A program made the position numbers and the translations under genes. A DNA stretch of 64,000 bases from Candidatus Pacearchaeota archaeon (GTDB taxonomy: Archaea; Nanobdellota; Nanobdellia; Pacearchaeales; JAPDKA01): assembly GCA_038890875.1 (NCBI GenBank), contig JAWAFA010000001.1:863-64862 (forward strand), read 5' to 3'. How positions within the stretch are numbered: position 1 is the stretch's first letter; each line of letters opens with the position of its first letter. A model generated the notes under the pieces. The model saw only the letters and a program-made list of their open reading frames with translations, was not told the DNA's origin and searched no databases. Shown piece by piece: positions 37,139-46,914 of this stretch.

Positions 37139-39715
37139 TTATAACTTTTTTTCTTTTTTAATTTGTTTTTTTACTTCTTTCATAGCATAATTAACCTGCT
37201 TATCTTTCCAACCTGCAGAGAGTAACTTTTGCTTTATCTGTGCTTCACTCATTCCTGCACTAAATGATTTTGAAATAAAATTAATGATATTATAATAATC
37301 TGCTTTTGTTGGGAAAAGTTTTTTCTCTAGAGCTAATTTTCTCTTTTTTGAGAGAGTGGTATAAATCTCTACAAGCTTCTTGCGCCATATAAATATTAAA
37401 CCACCAACAAGAATGATTGCGATTAATATAAACAAAATTTCTGGAATCCTACTTCTTGGCTTGACTCTTCCAACTGGAGGAGGAGCCGAGACTGGTTGTA
37501 AATTGCTTATATTTATTGGTACAGCAAAAACAGAGATTTTATATGGGTCGATATTATCTAAATAAGCAAACTTAAAACTTGCAAGATTTGTTGCTATTCC
37601 AGCTTGCTTACTTTCAAACTGTGTGCTTGAAAAAAGTTTTGTAGAATCAAGAGCAAGAATAAGCTTACCATCAGCTGATGTTTTTCTTATAATATTTACA
37701 TCAACTATTGTTAATACTTTTGAGTTTCCATCTTGGTAAACAATTTTTTTCTTTTCACCTTTAATATTTATATCAACATTATCACTAGTCCAAAGAGCTA
37801 TTGCTTTTTTGCATTCATCTTCGCTAAGTGGACAGCTTCCTGCAACACTTTCGGCTAGGCCTTTATTAATTTCATTCCAATTAATAATATATTTTAATTG
37901 AGGGTAATTGATATAGGAGATGATATCAGTAGGGATATTTGCTTTTATTGCGTCATAATCAGATTTTATTTTTTCAAGAGCAGTTATATTATCTCCTACC
38001 TGAACAATTCTGCTAGATAAATTTAAAAGTTGAGCTTTTAAGTTAGCCGTATTAGTCATATTTTTTAACCATGTTGCATAAAATTCTGTTCCTAATTTTG
38101 TTTCAAAATTATTTATGCTATTGATAGCTTTGTTTATTGTTGAATTAAGAACTGCTATTGGAACACCAACATTCACTGTGAAATAATTTGTTCCTTTAAA
38201 GCCCTGGCTATCTGTAGCCTCTACCTTTACATTATATAATTTTGATTGTGTATAAGTATGAATAAAAATCCCATCAGAGCTTGTTGTTGTTACACTATCG
38301 CCAAAATCAATGCTATAGCTAGTTATATTCAGTCCTTTTGGCGAGTAAGCAATAGCTCTAAAAGTTGTTGGCTCATTTACAATGACATCTAAGGGGATTA
38401 AAGCTGCAACAACAGGAACGGGAACTACTTTAAAACTCTTTTTATCTATCTCAGTGCCCTTATAAACTATTCTGAGGCTATAATTGCCATAAGTATTTGG
38501 TGCTGTGATGTTAAAAGCCGCAAGTGGAATTGCAACATAGCCAGCTGTAGTTATTAGCGGAAATTCTCGCTGCAATGTAGAAAAGCTTGGCATTGTATAC
38601 TCTATTCCAGCAGATTTGTATTTAAAGCGCAAGTCAGTAAAGCTAAATGAGACAGTTGAATTAATGTAAAGCGGGATTATACATTTTGCTGAACAATTTT
38701 TATTATATTTGGCTTGAAGATAGGTATTTAGCTCATCAATCAGATTTTTTCCTGTTTGCGCTGCATAGAGAGTAGAATTAAATTGAATTTCTTCAGCAAA
38801 AGGCTGATTTTTATATTCGGCAGCAAATAAAGCAAAATGCTGCTTGCCTTCTTCCTCGCTGCCTGCACTTATTATATAGTTATCATTTACTCCAGCTCTT
38901 ACACAAATCTCATATTCTCCAGGATAGACATTAAAATTGAGATCACAGCTTGGCCCATTATCATAAGTAGTATTACAACTTACTTCCTTGCCACCACGTG
39001 CTATTTTGAAATATAATGGAACACTTGCGTTCCTATCATAATTCTCTAATGTTATATTGCCTCCAATCTTAACTCTTGCACTTTTATATTCGAGCTTTAC
39101 AGTATCACAAATAAAACTTGTCCCTATATTGGCTGTTTCTTTTGCAGTGTAATTTTCATTATACTTTTCCCCACAAGTACTTAAGCCTGCGCTAAGATAA
39201 TAATAATCTGGGGTTCCATCATTGAATAAATCAATTATGAAAGGGGCTTCTGTTGTGCATTCTTCGCTTCCTAACGATCCTGAAATAATAAAGCTTAAGT
39301 TAGTTATTTCAACGCCTGACTTTCCCGATATAACTAGGCCAACATAGTTACCCCCAGCATTTCCTTGAAAAGTATCTGAGCTAGAGGCATCCTTATATTG
39401 TAACTCACACTCACTTGACTTACCTTCATAACTACAATTAAAGCTTATTCCCAAGCCCTTAGCCCTTTTCATGAACTCGAGTAAACTAAAGCTTGCTGTG
39501 TTGCCATCAAGCTCTGCCCTTATTTCATCTCCGCCACTTTCATTTTCAAAACTTACATTAAGGTAACCACTTAGCAACTGTTTTGGACCTACATCATTGA
39601 TAACTAGACTAGGAACGCCCTTTTCAAAAGTAGCCAAAACAAGAGGGAAAATTAATAGAAGAATTAAAAAAATCATCAAAAAAGATGCCCTCTTTTTTCT
39701 TTTTTTGATTTTCAT
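37139..39715 (-). CDS. large cell-surface protein with PKD domain and C-terminal TM anchor + cytoplasmic tail
   Basis: 858 aa. Signal peptide. PKD-like IDFGDSVTTTSSDGIFIHTYTQSKLYNVKVEATDSQGFKGTNYFTVNV. TM ILFILIAIILVGGLIFIW, then an ~85-aa basic cytoplasmic tail. Confidence 0.55.
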   Translation of the reverse strand: MKIKKRKKRASFLMIFLILLLIFPLVLATFEKGVPSLVINDVGPKQLLSGYLNVSFENESGGDEIRAELDGNTASFSLLEFMKRAKGLGISFNCSYEGKSSECELQYKDASSSDTFQGNAGGNYVGLVISGKSGVEITNLSFIISGSLGSEECTTEAPFIIDLFNDGTPDYYYLSAGLSTCGEKYNENYTAKETANIGTSFICDTVKLEYKSARVKIGGNITLENYDRNASVPLYFKIARGGKEVSCNTTYDNGPSCDLNFNVYPGEYEICVRAGVNDNYIISAGSEEEGKQHFALFAAEYKNQPFAEEIQFNSTLYAAQTGKNLIDELNTYLQAKYNKNCSAKCIIPLYINSTVSFSFTDLRFKYKSAGIEYTMPSFSTLQREFPLITTAGYVAIPLAAFNITAPNTYGNYSLRIVYKGTEIDKKSFKVVPVPVVAALIPLDVIVNEPTTFRAIAYSPKGLNITSYSIDFGDSVTTTSSDGIFIHTYTQSKLYNVKVEATDSQGFKGTNYFTVNVGVPIAVLNSTINKAINSINNFETKLGTEFYATWLKNMTNTANLKAQLLNLSSRIVQVGDNITALEKIKSDYDAIKANIPTDIISYINYPQLKYIINWNEINKGLAESVAGSCPLSEDECKKAIALWTSDNVDINIKGEKKKIVYQDGNSKVLTIVDVNIIRKTSADGKLILALDSTKLFSSTQFESKQAGIATNLASFKFAYLDNIDPYKISVFAVPINISNLQPVSAPPPVGRVKPRSRIPEILFILIAIILVGGLIFIWRKKLVEIYTTLSKKRKLALEKKLFPTKADYYNIINFISKSFSAGMSEAQIKQKLLSAGWKDKQVNYAMKEVKKQIKKEKKL

Positions 39716-39756
39716 TTTGCCTAGTTTATTAAGTTAGGGATAGATTAAAAATCTTT

Positions 39757-40848
39757 TTATTTAACTTTCTTTTTCAACTCTTTCCATAATTTTTCAAGTC
39801 GTTCACGAAAAGAAGGCAGATCTTCAACACGAACATTAGCTCCCAAAGCCATCTCATGCCCTCCTCCACTTGCTCCTTCAAGCCCTTCAAGAGCCTTTAA
39901 AACAATTTCACGAATATTTGTTGAACTTCTTACTGATATTCTTGCCTTCTCATCTTTAATATAGGCCACAACAACAAGTTTTTCGGGATACAGATAAATT
40001 AATGCATTTGAAAGCTCTGCTGAGATGCTAAGGCTACCTCCATATTGAAACCATAATAGATCTTGCTTTGCAAATTTCTTTGCTTTTTCCAAAAGATTTT
40101 GGTATCGTTTGTAAATTTGTTTAAACTTTTTATGCATCGTTTTATTTTTATTACTTTCTTCAAGAATTGCTTGTGGGCTATTAATTTCTGTCAGGAATTT
40201 AGTTAATTTTAATATATTAGTCGTTGTATCTTTCAAGCCAAAGTTTAACATTAAAATAATTTTACCAAAAGTTGTTTCATACAATATTTTTCCTACTTTT
40301 TCTGATTTTTCTGGTTTTATTTCAAATAAGTTTTCATAACTTTTATATAATTCACTAATCTCTTGAGGCAAATACCAATCGGCAAGACAGCCTAAAGCAA
40401 GAAGCCATTGATATTGTTTCTGCTCCCCTATAATTTTATACGCCCAGTAGGTAACTGGTCTATTTATGCTAAACTCAAGTGTTGGATTAAAAAATATCCA
40501 ATCATCTTTTTTTTCTTTGAAGCCAGGATTATCGAGATGGTGGTCTATCCATACAACTCTTACATTTTGTTCTTTTGCTTTTTCTAAAAACTCATTACTA
40601 ACTCGAGGCTTATCAAGGATAAAAACACAGTCACCATGCAACTCAGATATTTTTCGTGCATAACTTGGATTTAGTTCTGGAAAGCTTTTTATAGCTACCG
40701 CTTTACCCTTACCGCTCCACTTTCTAAGTAATAAGAAAGCTGCAAGTCCATCAACATCATTATCAAAAAAATAGATAGGATTATTGTACTTTTCAAGAAT
40801 CTCTCTTATTTCTTCAATTTTTTTATTTAATTTCGCCTCTTTTTCCAT
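39757..40848 (-). CDS. DHH/DHHA1 phosphoesterase (NrnA/Pde2/RecJ-like)
   Basis: DHH motifs DNDVDG and IDHHL, DHHA1 GGGH (ASGGGHEMALGA). 363 aa. Confidence 0.75.
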   Translation of the reverse strand: MEKEAKLNKKIEEIREILEKYNNPIYFFDNDVDGLAAFLLLRKWSGKGKAVAIKSFPELNPSYARKISELHGDCVFILDKPRVSNEFLEKAKEQNVRVVWIDHHLDNPGFKEKKDDWIFFNPTLEFSINRPVTYWAYKIIGEQKQYQWLLALGCLADWYLPQEISELYKSYENLFEIKPEKSEKVGKILYETTFGKIILMLNFGLKDTTTNILKLTKFLTEINSPQAILEESNKNKTMHKKFKQIYKRYQNLLEKAKKFAKQDLLWFQYGGSLSISAELSNALIYLYPEKLVVVAYIKDEKARISVRSSTNIREIVLKALEGLEGASGGGHEMALGANVRVEDLPSFRERLEKLWKELKKKVK

Positions 40849-40855
40849 TAAACAA

Positions 40856-41866
40856 TTAAATTTGGAATTTTAAAAGATATTCTTTTATGGCTCTTGCCTT
40901 TTTTTCACCAATACCTTTAATATTAATAAAATCTTCTGTTGTGGCAAGAATTAAATTTTTCAGATTACCAAATTTTTCTATAATTGAATCAATATTTTCG
41001 TCGAGAAGCATAGGGATACTCTTAAGTACGCGATAACCTTTAGGTATGAACGGCCCATCACTTTTCTTATTAGAAAGAAAGACATTTAAGAAAGCATTTT
41101 TGTTAAGGATTTCGTTATGATTAAAATTATCTATAGCTTTCAATATTGACCCAAAATCGAAAAAATCTTGATAATCTTTCATTATTAATTCAATTTCTCC
41201 CTCTACAAAATTACTTATTTCTTTTAGCTGCATCTCAATTAACTCGCCTTCATTTCCTAGCTCTGCAATATGAATAAGGATTCTTTTTATTATTGTATCA
41301 ATAATTCTCTTTCTTTGAAAGATTAAGGCAATATCTTCAAGGACAACAAGTTCTAAAGCTTCGGATGCATTCAAACGATTGATTAATGATTGAAAGATTT
41401 CTTTATTTTTTTCTAAAGCCTTTAGTCCTTCCCCCGTCTTTGTAAAGAGCTCATTAAGGGGATTAAGTTTTATTTTTTTATCTCCACTATACACAGTAGC
41501 TGTTCTTGCTTTTTCAGAAATAGCTAGTACAATGGTATTAAACTGCTTTGCTGTTCTTTCAGCTGCTTGATGTCTTGTTCCGGTTTCGGAAGAGGTTATT
41601 TTTATATCAGGATGTAAAAGCACATTTGCGTAAAGAATTTTCTTTAGCTTATCATCTACAATTATTGCACCATCAAGCTTTGCAAGTTCTGCAAGCCTTT
41701 CAGCACTAAACTCCTGATTTATCTTAAAACCTCCATTAAAAATTTTAGTCATTTTTTTATTATTTAAAAAAACAATAAGGGCTCCTCTGCCAGATTTTAT
41801 AATTTTCTCTATTGAATTTCGAATCGCTCCACCATAAGAAAAAATTTTTATTATTTCCCGATCCAT
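40856..41866 (-). CDS. disA: DisA-like diadenylate cyclase (DAC domain + C-terminal HhH)
   Basis: DAC motifs LDGAIIV and GTRHQAAER, C-terminal helix-hairpin-helix FINIKGIGEKKARAI. Confidence 0.75.
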   Translation of the reverse strand: MDREIIKIFSYGGAIRNSIEKIIKSGRGALIVFLNNKKMTKIFNGGFKINQEFSAERLAELAKLDGAIIVDDKLKKILYANVLLHPDIKITSSETGTRHQAAERTAKQFNTIVLAISEKARTATVYSGDKKIKLNPLNELFTKTGEGLKALEKNKEIFQSLINRLNASEALELVVLEDIALIFQRKRIIDTIIKRILIHIAELGNEGELIEMQLKEISNFVEGEIELIMKDYQDFFDFGSILKAIDNFNHNEILNKNAFLNVFLSNKKSDGPFIPKGYRVLKSIPMLLDENIDSIIEKFGNLKNLILATTEDFINIKGIGEKKARAIKEYLLKFQI

Positions 41867-42021
41867 TTTTTGTTTTTTCTTTTTTTATCTTATTTTTTAT
41901 TGTTTTATAAATATTATTGCCACAGAATGCTATTTCTTGCTATTTGACATTTTAATTTTTCTTCTCACTCAGTAGATACAACAATGCAAAAGCTTTTTAA
42001 AATAAATTAAGAAGTTATTCA

Positions 42022-42727
42022 ATGGCACAAACATTAGAGGAATTGGTGAAAGAATTGTATGATGCTGTTAAAAGCAAAAACAAGAATGATGCTTTGAGTA
42101 TTGCTAATATTTTGGAAAAGAGAGCAGAGAAAGAAAATAAATTGCAAGCAGCAAAAGATCAATTGATTGAAAGTCTGGTTGGAAAAAAGATTGAATATAA
42201 AGTTACTTCTAGTTTATCAACAATTGTCAACTCGATTTATTATTTGAAGGAAATAGGAGTGGAAGATATAGGGAAAGTAGTGGGAAAATCTCCTCAAGTG
42301 CTTGGATATTCCATAGAGTATATGAAAAGGCAAGTAAATTATTTGAAGAGTATAGGAGTGGAAGATGTAGGGAAAGTAATAGAAAAATTTCCTGAAGTGC
42401 TTGGATACTCTATAGAATATATGAAAGAGTTCAGTGCTTGGATGCTCTATAGAAAACAATCTAAAACCAAAATTTAAATATTTAACAGAAAAAGTTGGCT
42501 TGAGTATTGAGGACATAGAAAAATTTCCTTCTCTATTTAATTATTCTCTCGAGAAAAGAATAAAGCCAAGATGGGAATACATACTAGCAATAAACGATAA
42601 AATTGAAGTTGATCCAATAAAAATTTTTTACTTATCAAATGAGAAATTTATTGCATATCTTATAAAGAAAGGTATAAAAGCTTCTCTCAAAGAGTTTTAT
42701 GAGTTTAAAAGCATGGCCTTTCAGTAA
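42022..42727 (+). CDS. mTERF-repeat protein, frameshifted (ORFs 42022..42477 and 42434..42727)
   Basis: Repeated ~32-aa units GVEDIGKVVGKSPQVLGYSIEYMKRQVNYLKSIGVEDVGKVIEKFPEVLGYSIEYMKE… continue in the +1 frame as …VLGCSIENNLKPKFKYLTEKVGLSIEDIEKFPSLFNYSLEKRIKPRWEYIL. This is the mTERF pattern (P-x-hL-x-hS-hE, L-K-P, hh-Y/F-L). The units are near-identical at nucleotide level. Confidence 0.5.
42240..42440 (+). repeat. intragenic near-identical ~96-nt tandem repeats inside the mTERF-like gene
   Basis: ggagtggaagatatagggaaagtagtgggaaaatctcctcaagtgcttggatattccatagagtatatgaaaagg… versus ggagtggaagatgtagggaaagtaatagaaaaatttcctgaagtgcttggatactctatagaatatatgaaagag… A third partial copy (gtgcttggatgctctatagaaaac) starts 37 nt later. 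Confidence 0.6.
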
Positions 42728-43002
42728 AAGGCAAGTTCACTATTATTTCTGCTACTGAAGTTCAATAGCAAAATAATAATCCTTGCAGGCGTAGTTATTT
42801 GGATTATCTCGATGATAAAGGCATATCAGCATGAGCTTTTCGAGTGGCCGATCGCAGGCTACCTGGCTTCTACTTACTTCTAAAGCTTGCTTCTAAGGTC
42901 AAATAAGAAGCCATGTAAAATGCAAAATACAAAATGCAGAGCAAAAAATATGTTTCCTTTAAATTTTCTTTAAATTTTTAAATCGCTGATTTATTTTTTT
43001 GT

Positions 43003-45378
43003 ATGCAAAAAGAGGAAGGGAATGAAAATAGTAAGAATGAAAGTGAAATCGAGAAAAGTGATGGAAAAGAGAGAAAAAGCTGGCATGATGAAAAGCTTCA
43101 GAAACTTGTAGTCTGGTTAAGTGAGATAAGTAAGAAAGATGTTGCTATAGCTGGTGGTAAAGGCGCTAATCTAGCTGAAATGTACAATGCTGGTTTTCCT
43201 GTACCTCCAGCTTTTGTCGTAACAGCTCAGGCTTATGCAAAATTTCTCGAATATAATGAGCTTAATGAAAAAATTAAATTATTATTAAGCAATTTTGATT
43301 ATGAAAACACTGCTGAACTTGAAGAAAGAGCGAGGAGAATCAGAGAGCTTATAATTAATGCAGAAATGCCTGACTTTATAGCCCAAGAAATAATAGAGGC
43401 TTATGAGATCTTAAGTAGTGACATCTCGACACCAACATTACAAAAGATGTTTGTTAGTGAGCCCTGCTTTACTGCAGTTCGAAGCAGTGCTACAGCCGAA
43501 GATTTGCTTACAGCAAGTTTCGCTGGGCAGCAAGAAACTTATTTAAACGTAAAAGGTGGATCTGCTTTACTTGAGGCAATAAAAAAATGTTGGGCTTCAT
43601 TATTTACTGCCAGAGCCACCTACTATAGATACAAAAAAGGTTTTAGCCATGAGACTACTCTCATAGCTGTTATTGTGCAGCGAATGATAAATGCTGAAAA
43701 GAGTGGAGTTATATTTACAATTGAGCCAGTAACAAATGATAAGAGTAAAATTGTTATTGAGGCTGTTTTTGGACTTGGAGAAGGAATCGTTAGTGGTACT
43801 ATCGAGCCAGACTATTATCTTGTTAATAAAAATGACCTTTCTCTAGTAAGCAAAAAAATTGGTATAAAAAAATTAGAGTTTACGAGAGATGCTGGTGGAA
43901 AAAACATAAGAAGAGAGCTGCCTCCAGAAAAGCAACAAGAGCAAGTTCTTGAACCATGGGAAATAAGAAAGCTTGCTGAGTATGCATTAAAACTTGAGAG
44001 GCATTATTTATGGCCTCAAGATATTGAGTGGGCTGAAGAAGGTGGCAATATCTACATTGTGCAAACAAGAGCAGTAACAACTGCAGAAAAGATTACTGAA
44101 AGAAAAGAAGTTAAAGCTGAACCAATTCTCAAAGGTCTTGCTGCAAGTCCAGGGATTGCCAGTGGAAAAGTAAAAATTATTTTGAATTTAGAAGAATTGA
44201 AAAAAATAGAAAGAGGAGATGTTCTTGTTACAACAATGACTAACCCAGATATGGTGCCAGTTATGATGAAATCAAATGCAATAGTAACAAATGAGGGTGG
44301 CTTAACTTGTCATGCTGCCATAGTAAGTAGAGAGCTTGGCATTCCTTGTGTTGTTGGCACTAGAAATGCAACAACTATTCTAAAAGATGGTACAGTTGTG
44401 ACAGTTGATGGCATACATGGATATGTCTATGAAGGAGAGATCAAGATAGAAAAGCCTAAGGAAGAAATAAAATGTGAGCTTATAAAGTCCGGCGAAGAAA
44501 GAACAAAGGTTAAAGTTAATTGTGATTTACCTGCAGCTGCTGAACGAGCTGCAAGGCTAAATCCTGATGGTATTGGTCTTGTGCGAATAGAATTTGCAAT
44601 CGTTGAAGGAGGTATACATCCTGCACAGTATATAAGAGAGGGTAAGATTAACGATTACGTCACCTTACTTGTTAATGCCTTAGAAGGGATTGCTAAATAT
44701 TTCCCAAACAAACCAATTTGGGTTAGAACATCCGATATAAGGACAGATGAATATAGAAGCTTGAAAGGAGGACATCTTGAGCCAATTGAAAGTGATCCAA
44801 TGATTGGTTGGCATGGTATAAGAAGAGGGCTCGATGAACCTGAGATACTTCGAGCTGAATTTAAAGCTATAAAAATTCTTCACGAAAAAGGTTTCAAAAA
44901 CATCGGAGTTATGATCCCGTTTGTTATTAACGTAGATGAATTAAGGATGGCAAAAGAGATTATGAAAGAGGTAGGAATAGAGCCTTGTAAAGATGTTGAA
45001 TTTGGCGTTATGATCGAAACTCCGGCAGCTTGCTGGATTATTGAAGAACTTTGCAAAGAAGGAATAAACTTTATTAGCTTTGGAACAAATGATTTAACAC
45101 AGCTTACACTTGGTGTTGATAGGAATAATGAAAGAATAGCAAAACTTTTTGATGAGATGCATCCTGCAGTGCTAAAAGAAATAGAGATGGTAATAGAAGT
45201 TTGCAAGCGTTATGGTGTTAAAACAAGTATATGTGGCCAAGCGGCTAGTAGAGAAGATATGGCAGAATTTCTCGTGAAGAAAGGTATTGATAGCTTATCT
45301 GTCAATATCGATGCCATAAATAAAATAAGAGAGGTTGTGGCAAGAATTGCTGGTGTTTGTGAAAATAAAAAAGTTTAA
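43003..45378 (+). CDS. ppsA: phosphoenolpyruvate synthase (pyruvate, water dikinase)
   Basis: 791 aa. ATP-grasp N-terminus (VAIAGGKGANLAEM), central phosphohistidine domain (…GGLTCHAAIVSRELGIPCVVG…), C-terminal PEP-utilising TIM barrel. Confidence 0.9.
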   Translation: MQKEEGNENSKNESEIEKSDGKERKSWHDEKLQKLVVWLSEISKKDVAIAGGKGANLAEMYNAGFPVPPAFVVTAQAYAKFLEYNELNEKIKLLLSNFDYENTAELEERARRIRELIINAEMPDFIAQEIIEAYEILSSDISTPTLQKMFVSEPCFTAVRSSATAEDLLTASFAGQQETYLNVKGGSALLEAIKKCWASLFTARATYYRYKKGFSHETTLIAVIVQRMINAEKSGVIFTIEPVTNDKSKIVIEAVFGLGEGIVSGTIEPDYYLVNKNDLSLVSKKIGIKKLEFTRDAGGKNIRRELPPEKQQEQVLEPWEIRKLAEYALKLERHYLWPQDIEWAEEGGNIYIVQTRAVTTAEKITERKEVKAEPILKGLAASPGIASGKVKIILNLEELKKIERGDVLVTTMTNPDMVPVMMKSNAIVTNEGGLTCHAAIVSRELGIPCVVGTRNATTILKDGTVVTVDGIHGYVYEGEIKIEKPKEEIKCELIKSGEERTKVKVNCDLPAAAERAARLNPDGIGLVRIEFAIVEGGIHPAQYIREGKINDYVTLLVNALEGIAKYFPNKPIWVRTSDIRTDEYRSLKGGHLEPIESDPMIGWHGIRRGLDEPEILRAEFKAIKILHEKGFKNIGVMIPFVINVDELRMAKEIMKEVGIEPCKDVEFGVMIETPAACWIIEELCKEGINFISFGTNDLTQLTLGVDRNNERIAKLFDEMHPAVLKEIEMVIEVCKRYGVKTSICGQAASREDMAEFLVKKGIDSLSVNIDAINKIREVVARIAGVCENKKV

Positions 45379-45419
45379 AAATAACCAGACTTTATTAACA
45401 AGAAATAAAAATAGAAAAT

Positions 45420-46016
45420 ATGGCTGGGAAAAAAGAGAAAGAGATAGAAATTTATGATGAACTATTAAAAAAACTAAATTTATTTGAATTTTATCTTAAT
45501 GCTGAAAAAGAAGGGGATTGGGAAAATCCTGATGTGAGGATAAGTCTTCCAAGATTTTTTGGCGAAAATCCTGAAAGATATGCTTTAATGCCAGAAAGAG
45601 GTTTTAGGGCTGAAATGAAAGATAAGTTTATAAGAGAAAGCGAACGAGCAAATCAATTATTATATAACAATTTTTATGATTTATTAAAAAAGCATAAGCC
45701 AGAAGAAATTGCAACAATTATCTTAAATATACCTTTTTTAATTAACATTGAAGAGATAAAAGATGAAAAACTAAAAAAGATTGCTGAGCATCATGCTACA
45801 ATAAGTGCATTAAAAAAAATGGACGTTAAAACATATCGTAATCTGCTTTTGAAAACTGAAGTTGAAGAGGGAATTTATAGCAAGTATGCAAAATTAACAT
45901 TGCCTGATGAAGGTTTAGAAATCGAAAAAAGATTTGCATTGATAGAACAACAAAATTATTTGATTAGTGAGCTCAAAAAACTTAAAGAAAAAACTAAAAG
46001 AGAAAATATTAACTAA
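45420..46016 (+). CDS. hypothetical protein
   Basis: 198 aa, helical, no motif recognised. Confidence 0.35.
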   Translation: MAGKKEKEIEIYDELLKKLNLFEFYLNAEKEGDWENPDVRISLPRFFGENPERYALMPERGFRAEMKDKFIRESERANQLLYNNFYDLLKKHKPEEIATIILNIPFLINIEEIKDEKLKKIAEHHATISALKKMDVKTYRNLLLKTEVEEGIYSKYAKLTLPDEGLEIEKRFALIEQQNYLISELKKLKEKTKRENIN

Positions 46017-46019
46017 TAA

Positions 46020-46838
46020 TTAAGTACTAATAATTAAGTTTATTATTCTAGCCATCTCGCCAACAAATTCATCTGTGCGTTTATGCCATTCTTCTAATTC
46101 CTTACCACTTATTTCTTTAATTTCTCCATGTAAAATTTTATGAGCAAGGACATAGAGATCTCTGTACCATAACACATACTTTAAATCAAGAATTTTTTTA
46201 TCAGTAAAAATACTTTTTAACATTGCTGGAATATATTCTGGACTTGGAGGGATCTGATTAGCAGCAATCAAAGCTGCATGAGCTGAATCAACCATGGCCC
46301 AGTACATTGCTTCAATTGCATTAAAAATGCTTGCCCTACTTCTTGCGAGATGTCTAGGTGCACGTTGTAATGCATTGTAGATTGCCTCAGGAGTGCTTCT
46401 AATTTTACCATCTGCCATCAAAAATTTGAGAGGTAAGAAAAAACCACCAAAATCAATAAGCGGCTCGCCATAACGAATAACATTAAGTACGACTGGTTCT
46501 CCACGCAAGAGTTCTTCCCACCATGTAACAAGTTTTACTGTGTTAACATGAAGTGGCCTAATATATGGATTAAGCTCAATAAGTCTCCCAAGTTCTTCTC
46601 TATACCAGGCAACTAGCTCATCATCCCATTTTATGCTTGCATCATCAACAATAATAATAATGTCAATATCGCTTCCTTTCTCAAGAGTTCCTTTTGCAGC
46701 TGAACCAAACAAGATTATACTTTTTATCAACTTATTAAAACGCTCATAAACTTTCACGGCAAAATCGAAAGCGATTTCTTTTTCATCCTTCAACTTAAGC
46801 GTAGGGTATTTTTCCTCTAGCTTTTTTTCTTTTGCCAT
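46020..46838 (-). CDS. nucleotidyltransferase (Pol-beta superfamily) with C-terminal helical HEPN/KNTase-C-like domain
   Basis: NTase motif ILFGSAAKGTLEKGSDIDIIIIVDD, C-terminal all-alpha domain (…RAPRHLARSRASIFNAIEAMYWAMVDSAHAAL…). Confidence 0.6.
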   Translation of the reverse strand: MAKEKKLEEKYPTLKLKDEKEIAFDFAVKVYERFNKLIKSIILFGSAAKGTLEKGSDIDIIIIVDDASIKWDDELVAWYREELGRLIELNPYIRPLHVNTVKLVTWWEELLRGEPVVLNVIRYGEPLIDFGGFFLPLKFLMADGKIRSTPEAIYNALQRAPRHLARSRASIFNAIEAMYWAMVDSAHAALIAANQIPPSPEYIPAMLKSIFTDKKILDLKYVLWYRDLYVLAHKILHGEIKEISGKELEEWHKRTDEFVGEMARIINLIIST

Positions 46839-46914
46839 TTCACCTCTTTTTTATTTTTTATGTTTTTTATTTTAGGTTTTCTTTTTTTATTTTAGGTTTT
46901 CTTATTTTTTAAAT

